Positions 28,929-40,148 of a DNA stretch of 64,000 nucleotides are shown piece by piece. The translations under genes and the position numbers were made by a program. Every line of letters begins with the position of its first letter. Position 1 is the first letter of the stretch. The stretch covers positions 278,129-342,128 of the forward strand of contig WELA01001907.1 of the NCBI GenBank assembly GCA_009602735.1, written 5' to 3'. The notes below the pieces were generated by a model that worked only from the letters and a program-made list of their open reading frames with translations, ran no database searches and was not told the DNA's origin. The DNA comes from Mesotaenium endlicherianum. Taxonomy: Eukaryota.

Positions 28929-30612
28929 AATCTTCTCTTTGACAAACAACAGAAGGTTCATAAGGAAACTCCACATGTGACAAAAGCAAGAAATGAGACG
29001 TTTTACGCTCGCAATATGACTCCAGTCTCTTGACGCGTGGTTGACCCCCTTCTAAATCAGCCGTCTCAAAGGGTAATGAGTAAGATGTTGCCTAGAGATA
29101 TTTGAGCTCCCTTACGGCCTTCAACCGTTAAGCATTCTGACTGTCTAGTCACCGAAGACGAAGCAACGAGTTTACATTTGACAAAAGATTGATGGCGTGC
29201 TGCTATATATTAGATTCTTTTGTCTCCATTAGGCCTGACATCTACTTGCTACGTCATCTACTTGCTACGTCAGCCACAAAGTCTGCACAGAGCAACTTGA
29301 TCAACGTTAAGGAATGCACGCCTTCTCTCAGCACACAAACCCAGAGCAAATCCCAAACAGCAAAAGCACCTTTTGTAACCCAGTATAATCCGCAATGACT
29401 TAGGAATTGCACACAGTATGGCCATTGTCTACACCGTGTGTGCAAGAGGCCATTCTACTTGGCGTGAGAAAGTCGTATGTATACTTAGGGGTGGCAGATA
29501 CAAGTTTGACGGAGGATTGTAGACTATCTATTGTGGCGTACTAAAGCACTAGTAAATCATACATCAAGACTGCCTCCTTGAACTACCACTTTAACGGAAG
29601 GGCATTTCGGGCTGGGCTCCAATCTTCTCTCTCACTAACCACAGAAGGTACGTAAGAATAATGCTAGGACACTAAACCCTAAACCTCCTGAACCTTAAAC
29701 CCGACACCCAATGATGGCGTCTTACAATATATTAGATTGTTTTGTCTCCATTACTCCTGACATCTACTTGCTCAGTCAGCCACGCAGTCTTTGAAGTCTT
29801 TGACGCCTTCCAATGTTTTTCTCCCTTGGTCAAATCGACCTTGATTTCAGCACTAGTTCTTCCGTGTAACTACTTAGTTGAGTCGGTTTTTTGACTTAAA
29901 ATCGCTTCATTGCTGTGTCAGGCCGTTCACGTTTCTTGCACTAGATAAGTTCATATCTCGTGCTTGTTATTCATCGGGTCTAATTAGAGGGGCCTTCTGT
30001 AACATATGCACGGTTCTTGCATTATGTCTTTTTGTTCATCACTTTTCGTTACCGGACCGTTGTTCCCAGGTACTCCAGATTCAGTCCTGCCACTGCAGGC
30101 ATCATGCTCCATCAGCAATGACTTCGAAGCAGCGTATGAGTGTCTCGCTTTATCAGAGTGAATCGAGTGGTGGAGGTGGAAAGTAACCTCTCTATCAATC
30201 CGGTACCCACGCGTCTCCATTTCCTCTGTATGTACACAACTGTCCTTCTTTAAGATCAGTAGTTGACTATAGCCTTGGACATTGGCACATTCAAGGCTGC
30301 GAGCAATCACATTATAGGGCCTCTCCAGATAAGGACTTCTATCGAGAATGTTAGCTTCAAGGCTATTATAGTTAAGGCTCTTTCCTTGAAACGCGTCCGC
30401 AGGATGAACTTAAGAGTTTCTCCACAGGTTTGGGTTCTAAGATAGATTCACAAACGGCTACACTTTTATCTTGACATCTCAAAGCCGCACTTAGGTCTAC
30501 AGATAGTGAGCAACATGCGTCAGAGGGCAATGACGAACACAAGAGCTTATAGTTTATGCTAAAAACACAAGGCATCCTTACATCGTCGTTGAAGGAAACC
30601 TTACATGTATTT

Positions 30613-33164
30613 TTAACCTCTCAGCGAAAAGAATTTCTGCAATAATCGCTTATCCTTACTCCTCTTTATGCTATCATTCAAAGGACTGCTACCATCATCA
30701 CCTGCAGAAGGTGGTCCATGACCAGACACAGGATGCAACCGCAATGGCTGTTGAATTTTTTTTGGACAAAAATCATCACCATCGACCTTCAAGCTTTCTA
30801 TGTTCATATCAGCAGGATCAAAAACAAGGACACTTGTTTGTCTTGCTGCTGCACTATCTTCCAAACTAACGTGTTCCCTCGCTGCAACTCTGTCTTCCTC
30901 CTCCTTGTGCTGCTGTAGTAGATCCTCTACCCTTTGTATGGCAGCCACAGAATTGTCTCGATGCATCAGAAAATAGCCCTGAATCATGGCAGGGCTAATG
31001 GTGCCCTCGGGCAACTGAGTGGCAAATTTATTTGCTTCACTTTGTGAGGCTTCTGGATAGAATTTTAGAAATAGGTTGATCAGTTGTAGCCTAGAGCACA
31101 GACCTATGAAAAGGCGCAAGTCCACCCTACCAGGCCTGATGAGGGCAGGATCCAAGCGGTGCAGATGGTTGGTGGTCATCACCAACAATCTTCCTTCTTG
31201 GGCAGAAATGCCGTCAATGGCATTGAGGAGTCCAGAGAATGAGAGCCCGTTGTGCTTCTCATTTCCATCCGTCCTCTTGTTTGTAAATGCAGCGTCAACA
31301 TCTTCGAGGACAAGAATGCTGTGGGTGTCACAGCGATTCATGGCAGTATGAAGCTGCATACGTCACATAAAACATAGTATCAGATGGTTCCAAAGCATCC
31401 TAACATGCCTGCCAGCAGATACGACACACACAGGGAGATCGACACTTCTACAAGCAGACGATAATCAAAAAAATGAAGCAACATGACGTACCATGTCATC
31501 ACTCATTTCTTTGGACGATAGCCCAACCATGGCAACATCAAGGCCAAGTTCTCCAGCTAGAGCTTGGATGAGTGATGTCTTGCCACACCCGGGCGGACCG
31601 TACAGTATATATCCCCTCCTATGAGGTATACCTCTGTCATTATACCTGCAATAATATCAGGACCACTGTACGCACAAATAAAATCCTCCAAATTTTACAC
31701 ACAACCTTTCAGGGAAGGCCACAGGGCATTGGTGATTTAAATCAGTAAAGGCAAGACAGTATCCTGCAAAGCAATCAGAAGCACACAACAGATGCTGCCT
31801 TCCTACTCTGAATGAGAAAGTAGCAGAGAGAGCGCACCAATTGTAGCTGCCGAGAAACTGTCGGGCATCCGCCACAAGGCCCTCCACATCGCAGTCCAAT
31901 ACCACACTGCATATGTACCAACCAGCCTCAAGCCGCATCACGAGTGCCGCAACAGGCATTTTTAAAAGTAAGTACTCGCACAGACAATGCTTGTGGTGCA
32001 GAACACCACGAAACTAATACCTCTATAGGGCAGGAGGTCAAGAGGGGACGGCATGACTGCTAGCATTCACCTATTCAAAGGGCGAGCAAGTCTCGTGGCA
32101 ACAACGTTCCAGTAGTATTCCTGGGCATTCCATCTCTTTATCGTTGTCTTCCTGGTTCCTTCTTCCTTCTTGAAATAAGTCTCCATAGCATCGTGTATCA
32201 CAGCTTCCAGAACATCCCTTGTTGGACCCTCTATAACAAGTTGCTCCTTTCCTCCAGCTGACTGCAAAAGAGTTGCTAAATCACCACCGTCTGCCTCTCC
32301 TTTATTAGCAGCTCCAATCTTTCGCTGAATCTGGAATACGACCTGCATATGGAGAAGTCATTCAGAAACCGACACATGCTTGCGACACACAATCAATGTT
32401 GAGACAAGCCTATGTCCTCTGCATCAGCAGTCAATGGGCTGAATTCAGCTGCCCACGTAACTTCACCTCTCTCTTGCTCTTCACTCTGTTCACACGTCAC
32501 TCCAAAGATACGGGAATAACAATCCCAACCTGTCAGAAAGCAATACCCTCTACTACTAACAGTTGTAACACTTCCATCTGCGCAACTGCGGTAAACTGAC
32601 AAGACCATGCACAGTACCCTCGTCGGATAAAGTTCTTCACTGAAAGGGAATATGCATGTTTGACAACAAGAAATGAAGTAAGCTCCTCTCCACCATCTGA
32701 AATCGAATCAAAGGGGCGCTGCTCCCTTATTTGCTTACCTTCTGGCCCTCGTATATGATGGTTTGAGCCTCGAGAAGCTGAGGTAAAAATAGCAAGCGGG
32801 GACGTGCAGTAGAATCTCGCTGGCTCCCTCCATCCCCGTAGTCGTCAGGTCTATCTGAGGGCAGGCCCCATTTTGTCTGGAGCGTCAGCTGCGATGAATC
32901 TTTTGTAGCGTGTTGACAAAGCCATTCTTGCAGCCACTGAAAGGCTTCTTCGTCCGGCTTCACATAAACTACATATATGCCCCTTCTGCGGCTAACGTAC
33001 TCCCAAAATTGAGCCCAATATTTTCGGAAGAAATTAGCAAGAAACCCTACTAGCATTAAACCAAACCCCCCGGCAAAGTAGTCATTCTGCAAATACTGCC
33101 TCTTCAATGCAGAAACAACTGCTTCTTGACCACCTACTAGCCAATCTGAGGAAGTATCATTCAT
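30613..33164 (-). CDS. BCS1: BCS1-type mitochondrial AAA ATPase; exons 33164(or 33236)-32739, 32342-32071, 31906-31838, 31645-31492, 31353-30613
   Basis: N-terminal [16 protein letters not shown] segment; [34 protein letters not shown] (Walker A); ILVLEDVD (Walker B); [29 protein letters not shown]. All four introns are GT..AG and preserve frame. Confidence 0.92.
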
Positions 33165-33539
33165 GTGACCAGTCAAATGGCTACGGGGTATGCTCCAGTG
33201 AGTAACATAGTTCTGTTTATGACGGATCAACCCCATCGCACAAATTTCTACAAGCACAACCCCGCTAAGTACCCTCTTGTCTGCATGAGCTGTTCACCAA
33301 AAGTACGATGACACTTCTTCATCTCGGAGTCGCTCAATCAATGTTTCTTCATCTCGCCTGGACTTTATTTACTTCAAGGAGACGCAACTGTACTCGTATG
33401 CGAAAATCCTTCACACACGTATTCTAGAGTCGATCGAAATATGATGAGGTATGACCAAGTATGACGAAGTAAAAGAGTAATGAGTCGACAGCATGGAATC
33501 GGTGCGAGGAAGGTTTATGGGAAAACCGTAGCTTTTCCT

Positions 33540-34550
33540 CCCAAATCCCTCCAAATGATCGCGACAAAGTTGAACGTCGACAGCGACACTCGACGCAACG
33601 ACCTGGCCCCCTCCTTCCCTCCTTCCCTCCCCTTCACAATACCTTCTCCCTCCCCTTCCCACCCTCTCTAACACCCTAATAACAATCAGGCGGCCATGGC
33701 CGCCACCACAACAAGCGGCCATCGCTGCCCACCAGCATGCGCTCCCAACCTTTTCACCCCCACGAACTTATACGAGAAAGAGCGCCCTACGGCCCAGGTG
33801 AGGCTATGCTTCTGCTCGTCATGGCTGCTCACGAAAAGCCTAAGGGCGCCATGCCTTAAGTGAAAAAAAGGCCTAATTTATGGCGGTCGCCAAAGGGCGG
33901 GCCGCGGAGGAAAAGCGCAATCACGATCAAACTCTTTCACGTAGATTGAAGTTGCACGCGTACACACAGATTTTCGAATGCATGTACGGGCCACAGCTTA
34001 CACGAGCAAAGGCCCTTACTGATTTCCTCTCATAGGCGATACATAAGGGGCCCATTACCGACGACCACAAACTGGGCCGTGTACTCAATCGATGTTGTAG
34101 TTTGTCAGGGATTCGACAAATTTCCCCTCACAAAGCCCCTTCGAACAATTGCGACAAGTTTAAGCGTCGAAACAGCGCGAGCGCTGTCGACGCTCGCAGT
34201 TGACGTCACAACCTCCCCCCCTCCCTCCCTCCCTCCTTCCTTTCTCCACTATCCCTTTTCCCCTTCCCACCCTCTCTCTTTAACACCCTCATAAGAACAT
34301 GCACTCCCAACCTCTTCACTCCACGAATCCATCTAAAGAACGCCCTCTCTTATGCCCCCCTCACGAGCTACGTAACGGCCCAGGCAAGGCTTTGCCTTGT
34401 TACTTATCGCCATGGCCGCTCATAAAAAGCCCCATGAGCGCACTTTCTAAACAAAGAAAAGACCTAATCTATGGCGAGGGCCTATGGCGAGGGCCAATGA
34501 GCGGGCTGCGGAGAAAAAGCGCGACCAAGTTCAAATGCTTTCGCAACGAT
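33540..34550. repeat. Two diverged direct copies of a ~400-bp unit (about 33540-33945 and 34130-34545) upstream of BCS1
   Basis: Shared colinear blocks: GCGACAA, pyrimidine tract, CCCTTCCCACCCTCTCT..AACACCCT, CATGC.CTCCCAACCT, ACGGCCCAGG, CCTAAT.TATGGCG, GCGGAG.AAAAGCGC. Confidence 0.75.
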
Positions 34551-36460
34551 CCAGGTAGTGCGCATACACATAAAATGTTTGAAGGAACGTTAGAGCCTTA
34601 CTGACAACAAGAAACCACAACACGTACTTGAAATTTGAAAGCACGTAATCCATAAGATGTTCAGTAGAGTATACAAGGCTAGCGTACAGATCAAAGTTTA
34701 ACGCGAGCCCGCAAGTCAAGCGTGAGAACACAAAATTTAAAATGTGTGAATTGACCCAACATTACGCCTACATCGATGAAAAATCTTGAACCTTACAAGT
34801 TGGAAGGCATAAGGTGGCAATCAAACGCGTGCAAGCAAATGTCTTCATGTCGTGCCCGTCCTTGTCGAGTCCTCTTTGGTGTCTAGTGGTGTTCCCAGAG
34901 GGTGGAGGGTCAATGACACGTTCTGGTCGTTAGTCGGGTTAGAGTGGTAGGCGAGGATGGTCTAGTCTATGTGCAGTGGTGGTGAACACTGGGACCCATG
35001 ATCTCCTCACGAGGTTCTGCTCTTGAGCAGCTGTGAGGCTCCTTCCCAGATCACGCGCTCTTTCTCTACCTTCACACATGGTGTTGCCGCCCACATGTGT
35101 GAAGGTCGATCCTCGGGTTCGCTCGCCTGAAGGGTCGGCGCGGGTACCCAGCGGGATCCCCCATTGTCCATGGCTAGATCATCACTGTACCGTAGGCAAT
35201 CCCCAAGGGTATGCCCAAGGATTGCTAGGGGTTAGGGAGAGTAAGGGACATTGGGGTGTCGGGTTCGTTTGGTGTTGGTCATTAGTCGTACGTGTGCGTG
35301 TCAACCTCTAGGTTTTGACCCTTCTCCATATTTAGTGTATTTCAAATTTGTGTGAGATGACGCGATGACGCGTGCATCGTAGTTGTTACAGTTTGATTGT
35401 GTGTCGTAGACACTGGGCATAGCATTTGAGAGCACGCTACTTAGATCGCGAGCTTACACCATTTTGGTGTTAGCTTTGTATGTTTGTTGTTATGAGTGAG
35501 ATGATTCTTTGACTTGTGATGCAACTAAATGCACATGATGTGTGACTATGCACCCTTGCTTTCCTCACTTCTATGTGTAGGTTGCTCGTAGTGCATGCCA
35601 CCACTTACATTTGGTCGCAAACACGACATTCTTCTTCGCGGCCATAACATAGTTTTCCGTCAGTAGTTTTGCTCGTCACAATAGGCTCGGTGTTCCTCTA
35701 TCGTAGACATTATCACCTCTCCCTAGCTTGTTTACATACAAAGCTAACCTCTTTCTTCTACGAGGTAGAAGCTAGGGGGTGGAGCCACTGGTGGGGGGGC
35801 GGATTCCGCCACGAGCTTCCACGAGGCAAGTACTCTCGTGGAAGGGGCTTGCTCGCGCTACTGGTGAGCGTCCGTAGCCCCAAAGTCATACTTTGTATTA
35901 TAAGATTGGTGTGTTAGTGCTAGGGTCGGCCTCCCACTTGGGCCGATTGTGAGTATATTGATAAGCATCCTTTCTCGCTTGTGTTGCTTGTTTGCTGGTG
36001 GGTGTCGTGAGGTCCCGGCCTCTCTTACCCGGGCCGGGTACAAACTTACATACTATTTTGCTTGCGTTGTTTGCTTGTAGGCTTCGCTTGAGCGCTAGTC
36101 CGTGTGGTCCCTTGTGTGCACTCGCTAGGATCCGATTCTTAGCTTGTTTGTGTCGTTTGCTTACTTGCTCCGCTCGCTCGCTAGTTTGTGTGCTCTTTGC
36201 GTGCACCCGCTAGGATCCGGCTCTATCCTTGAGCTGGCTACTATCCTTTCCACATGCGGTGTGTGCTCGCTAATAGTTGTTTTGCTTTGCATACACCCGC
36301 TAGAACCCGGCTCCTTCTTTGGGCCGATTGGGGAGCATTTGTCTAGAATCCGATGTGTGGTGCTTGCCGGATCTAGTCAGTAGAATAGTAGCGCGTGTGT
36401 GTGTAGGTGTATGCGTGTGTGTGTGTGGACGTGCGTTTGCGTGCGTGCGTGTATGTGCGC

Positions 36461-36462
<2 letters not shown>

Positions 36463-36518
<56 letters not shown>
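36463..36518. repeat. (GT)n microsatellite with degenerate flanks (36394-36526)
   Basis: About 28 pure GT units. Confidence 0.98.
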
Positions 36519-36521
<3 letters not shown>

Positions 36522-36877
36522 CGTGTGAGTTTTGCGTTGTGCTGCAGGTAGCTAGCGTCTTCTGTTTCGGCTGCTGCTGTTGGTCCCACACGCGCGGAAG
36601 AGTCCGCGAGCGTTCTAGGCATCCCAGCTGCAACCGCTCATTGAGCTTGAGCTTAAGGTGCTGTGGATTGCGGCTTTTTGCTTTTGCGCAGGTTGCATGC
36701 AGCACACGCCAAGATGCACTCGGAGCGGTGTCCCGTACCAGCTAGAGTTTTTGCTTGATTCTCCTGTTCCTGATTTTAAGAGTGACTTGCATACCTCTGA
36801 GATTGGGGGCGGAGCCTCGAGATATCGTGATACCCCTCGAACGTCACCCGTTTTAATTCCTGAATTGCTTTCTTGGA

Positions 36878-38169
36878 GTGCCTCTAGCTCTCATTCTTGC
36901 ATTAATTGCCCCACCTTCCGTCGAGCCCGTGCTCCTTCCCAATGGGGGCGTGTTTGCACATGAGCTAGAGCCTTCGGAGAAGAGGTTTCTTTCAATTTTT
37001 GAGGCGTTTTCTACAATGGCTACTTCCATGCTTCTTTCTGAGATTTATATCGGGCATTGGAAAGGGATTTCTATAGCTGCATTGGACTTTAAGATTGATG
37101 CCTCGATGATTCTGATGCGTGCTCGTAATCAAAACCTCACACATAATTCATTTTTTGACACCCTACCCTCATTCCTTGGCGGAGAGGCACTATTGTTCTA
37201 CCAGAGATTTAGAGCTGATATTACCCATATGGTGTCGGACGCAGTGCTCGGTGCCGCTCCTATTCCCATAGTCAAGGCCTCGCCGGCTACGCCTGCGGAC
37301 CATCCTTGGGTGGCCGCTGCAGCTGCTGCTACTGCAGCCGCTATGGCCACTGGGTTGGACGCCGCAGCAGCAGCAGTGGATGTCACAGCTGCTGGGCTGG
37401 GACTTGTTGGGGGTGAGGGTGGGAAACTTGCACTGCTTGGGGGGGCTGCAAGAGACCCTGTCGGACCGGGACCGGTTGAGCTCGCCCTGCCGGCGTACGC
37501 AACTCCCGTCGAACAGCTCGCGGCACGTGTGGCGGATGGCTACCATCGGTCCATGCAGCAGCGCCAGCAACAAGCAGTGCTTGGCATTGTTCTGCCCTTA
37601 CATGGTCCTGCTCCTGGAGCTGTTTTGGATCACATTGATACACTTCTGCAGATGTTTTCGTCGGTACTTCTTTACAAACATCGCTCCCGCCAGGATGAGT
37701 TGAGGGACTTCGTGCGCTCCGCGCGCAAGACGCCTAACATCGCCTATGAGCGTTTCTAGCAATTGAGAAAGGATACGGGCATGTATGTGGATGTAACCTA
37801 GGCTTGCATCAAGTTCATTAGTGCTTTCTCTGCTTCCGCTTCCCTGTTTCAAGCCCTTAACCACCAGCTTGCCCTCACCGCCATACTGCAGCGGAGTGTA
37901 CACGAGGTTTGTCGATGGGTTGAGCAAGTAGAGATGGTTCAGGCAGCGTCGCAAGCCGAGCGTAGACCTGCTAAGGGTGGGGCAGTGGGAGTGCATGCAG
38001 TGCAGGTACCTACTACGTCGACCACTGCCGCCGTCATGGAAGGGGGACCTGCTGCCGCGCCCAAGCGCGTCATTCCTACGTGCAACTACTGTCGTCAGAA
38101 GGGCCACTTGGTGGAGAAGTGCTTCCTCCTTCACCCCCCCCTGGCGCCGACAAGGTGGTCCTTCAAGCC
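36878..38169 (+). pseudogene. Gag-like relic of a further retroelement (family D), cut at 38169 by a family A LTR
   Basis: Single frame with two stops, ending in zinc knuckle CNYCRQKGHLVEKC..HPPLAPTRW; capsid-like LGGEALLFY and FVRSARKTPNIAYERF segments. Confidence 0.65.
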
Positions 38170-39116
38170 TGTAATGAATCAGTATATTGGTAGATATAAT
38201 ATTCATTTGAATATAATAGTTTAAATAGTTCAGCCTGCTCAACTTTAGTTAATATTGAGTCTGCTGGACTTCATAAAATAATCAGTTTAATAACTCAGCC
38301 GGGAGCAGCAGGCTGAAGTCAACTTAGGTCAGCTTTGTAAGGTCATAGGTTTATAAAGTGCATTTTTGAGTTTCATAAAATTATGTTTGGATTGTACATT
38401 CATGTAGAGTGCATTTTTGTGGTCATTTTGATATAAAGTTCATCGAATTTGGTCAAGTATTGAGAGAGTTATGGATTTCCAAAGTTTAATTAGTTTTGAA
38501 GTCGGTTGACGACTGTCCTTAATTCGCGGTGAGCGCGACCGTCGGATTGACCGACAGCGTCGAGCGATCTGGCCCGTTAGAATGAACTCGAACCTTCACG
38601 TAAGTTCGGCTGACGCGGAGTGCCGACTAGGTCGATTTACCTAGAAGTTTCGGTTTAGCCTAGCGCGTCTAAGATAGAATATTCTAGTAATGTCGATGCA
38701 TGTATGTGGACGTCAATTCGGCCCGACACGTCAGATTAGACTGATCTGGCTTACTCACGAATATTCTGGAAGGGACGATTTGACGAACACTTAGGAAAAT
38801 CCGTAGCTTCCTCCTAGGGAGGAGCACTTAGGCAGAAAATTATAAATAGGCATAACTTCTTTGTTTCTTATCAGTTTTCACTTCTGTAAATTTCTACGGG
38901 TTTGTAATGACAAGGCCTTTCATCCTACATCATTTGTGAGCAGTTTCCTGCTACTCAAAATGTTGAGTAATTTTCCTAAGCTTTGTTAGTGATATGCCGC
39001 TGCACTCTCTAGTATGATGGCAACTAGTTCCTTTCCTCGTGAGTCACTACGCTTCCACTAGGGCACTCTGCCCCTTTCATCTGGTATCGGAGCAGGGCTA
39101 GTTTGCATATTATATT

Positions 39117-40148
39117 ATGGAGTCGCAGCCGGCAGCTGGAGGAGGCGAACATGTCGAGCATGTTGAGCGCGCGGGGCAGCAGGCAGCACCAACAATGACC
39201 AGAGAGCAACAAGAGATGCAGGCGATGCTAAGACAAATGGCAAATGCAATTGGAGGAGAAGTCTACACCCAGTTTCAACAAAATATGCGCGCGGAGGTGG
39301 AGAGAATGGTGCGAGTTGTTATGGGGAACGCCGCTTCGACGAGTTCGGCACCTGCACCTGTTGTACCACCGATTCATGTTAACCCAGTGGTGCAACCAGT
39401 TATTCCACCCGCATCAGGAGTGCGTGCGCCTAAGCCTGAAGTTTATACTGGAGAGCGTGGATCGCCGCCTGTTCATCAATGGATTTTTGGAGTGAAGAAG
39501 TTTATGGAGTATTCTGCGCTCACGCCCGACAGGCAAGTCGCCTTTGTCATAACTTTGCTGCAGAAGAGTGCTGGAGCTTGGTATGAACGAGAAGAGCAGC
39601 TGTCTGGAGTTCCTGCTACTGTTGATCAGCTATTTGAAGGCTTGAAGAGGCAATTTCAACCTATTGCACCCGAGGCTACCGCTCGAGATCTATTGGTGCG
39701 CCTTCGTCAACGAGCAAGCGTTCAAGAGTATGTATCGCGCTTCAACGAGCTGGTGCTTCAATGTCCATCCATGCACGAGTCGGAGATGATGGACAAGTTC
39801 AAGAGGGGACTCAAGCCAACTGTGGCCAAGGAAGTGGCGCTCAAGGACCCTACCAGTCTTGGAGAAATGATGGCATTGGCAACAAGGGTCGACGCTGTGG
39901 AGTATAGTCAGAGGCAGTGGGGCAGCCACAACTTTGGAGGATATCGACACTTTGGATCTCAAGCGCCAAGCACGAGTGTTCAAGGTCCAGTACCCATGGA
40001 GTTGGGACTTGTGCAGTACCAGCGCAGGCAGCAGAATTTCAAGCCGAGAGGACCGTGCTATAGTTGCGGCAAGCTTGGACATCTGGCTCGAGACTGTCAT
40101 GTGAAGGCGAAGCAACCTCAACAGCAGGAAAAAGGAGGACGCCAGTAA
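39117..40148 (+). CDS. gag: Gag, family B (343 aa)
   Basis: [35 protein letters not shown], knuckle [14 protein letters not shown]. Confidence 0.96.
   Translation: MESQPAAGGGEHVEHVERAGQQAAPTMTREQQEMQAMLRQMANAIGGEVYTQFQQNMRAEVERMVRVVMGNAASTSSAPAPVVPPIHVNPVVQPVIPPASGVRAPKPEVYTGERGSPPVHQWIFGVKKFMEYSALTPDRQVAFVITLLQKSAGAWYEREEQLSGVPATVDQLFEGLKRQFQPIAPEATARDLLVRLRQRASVQEYVSRFNELVLQCPSMHESEMMDKFKRGLKPTVAKEVALKDPTSLGEMMALATRVDAVEYSQRQWGSHNFGGYRHFGSQAPSTSVQGPVPMELGLVQYQRRQQNFKPRGPCYSCGKLGHLARDCHVKAKQPQQQEKGGRQ

Noticed and set aside
36319..36745. VCVC/HTHT ORFs
   Set aside because: Translations of the GT microsatellite.
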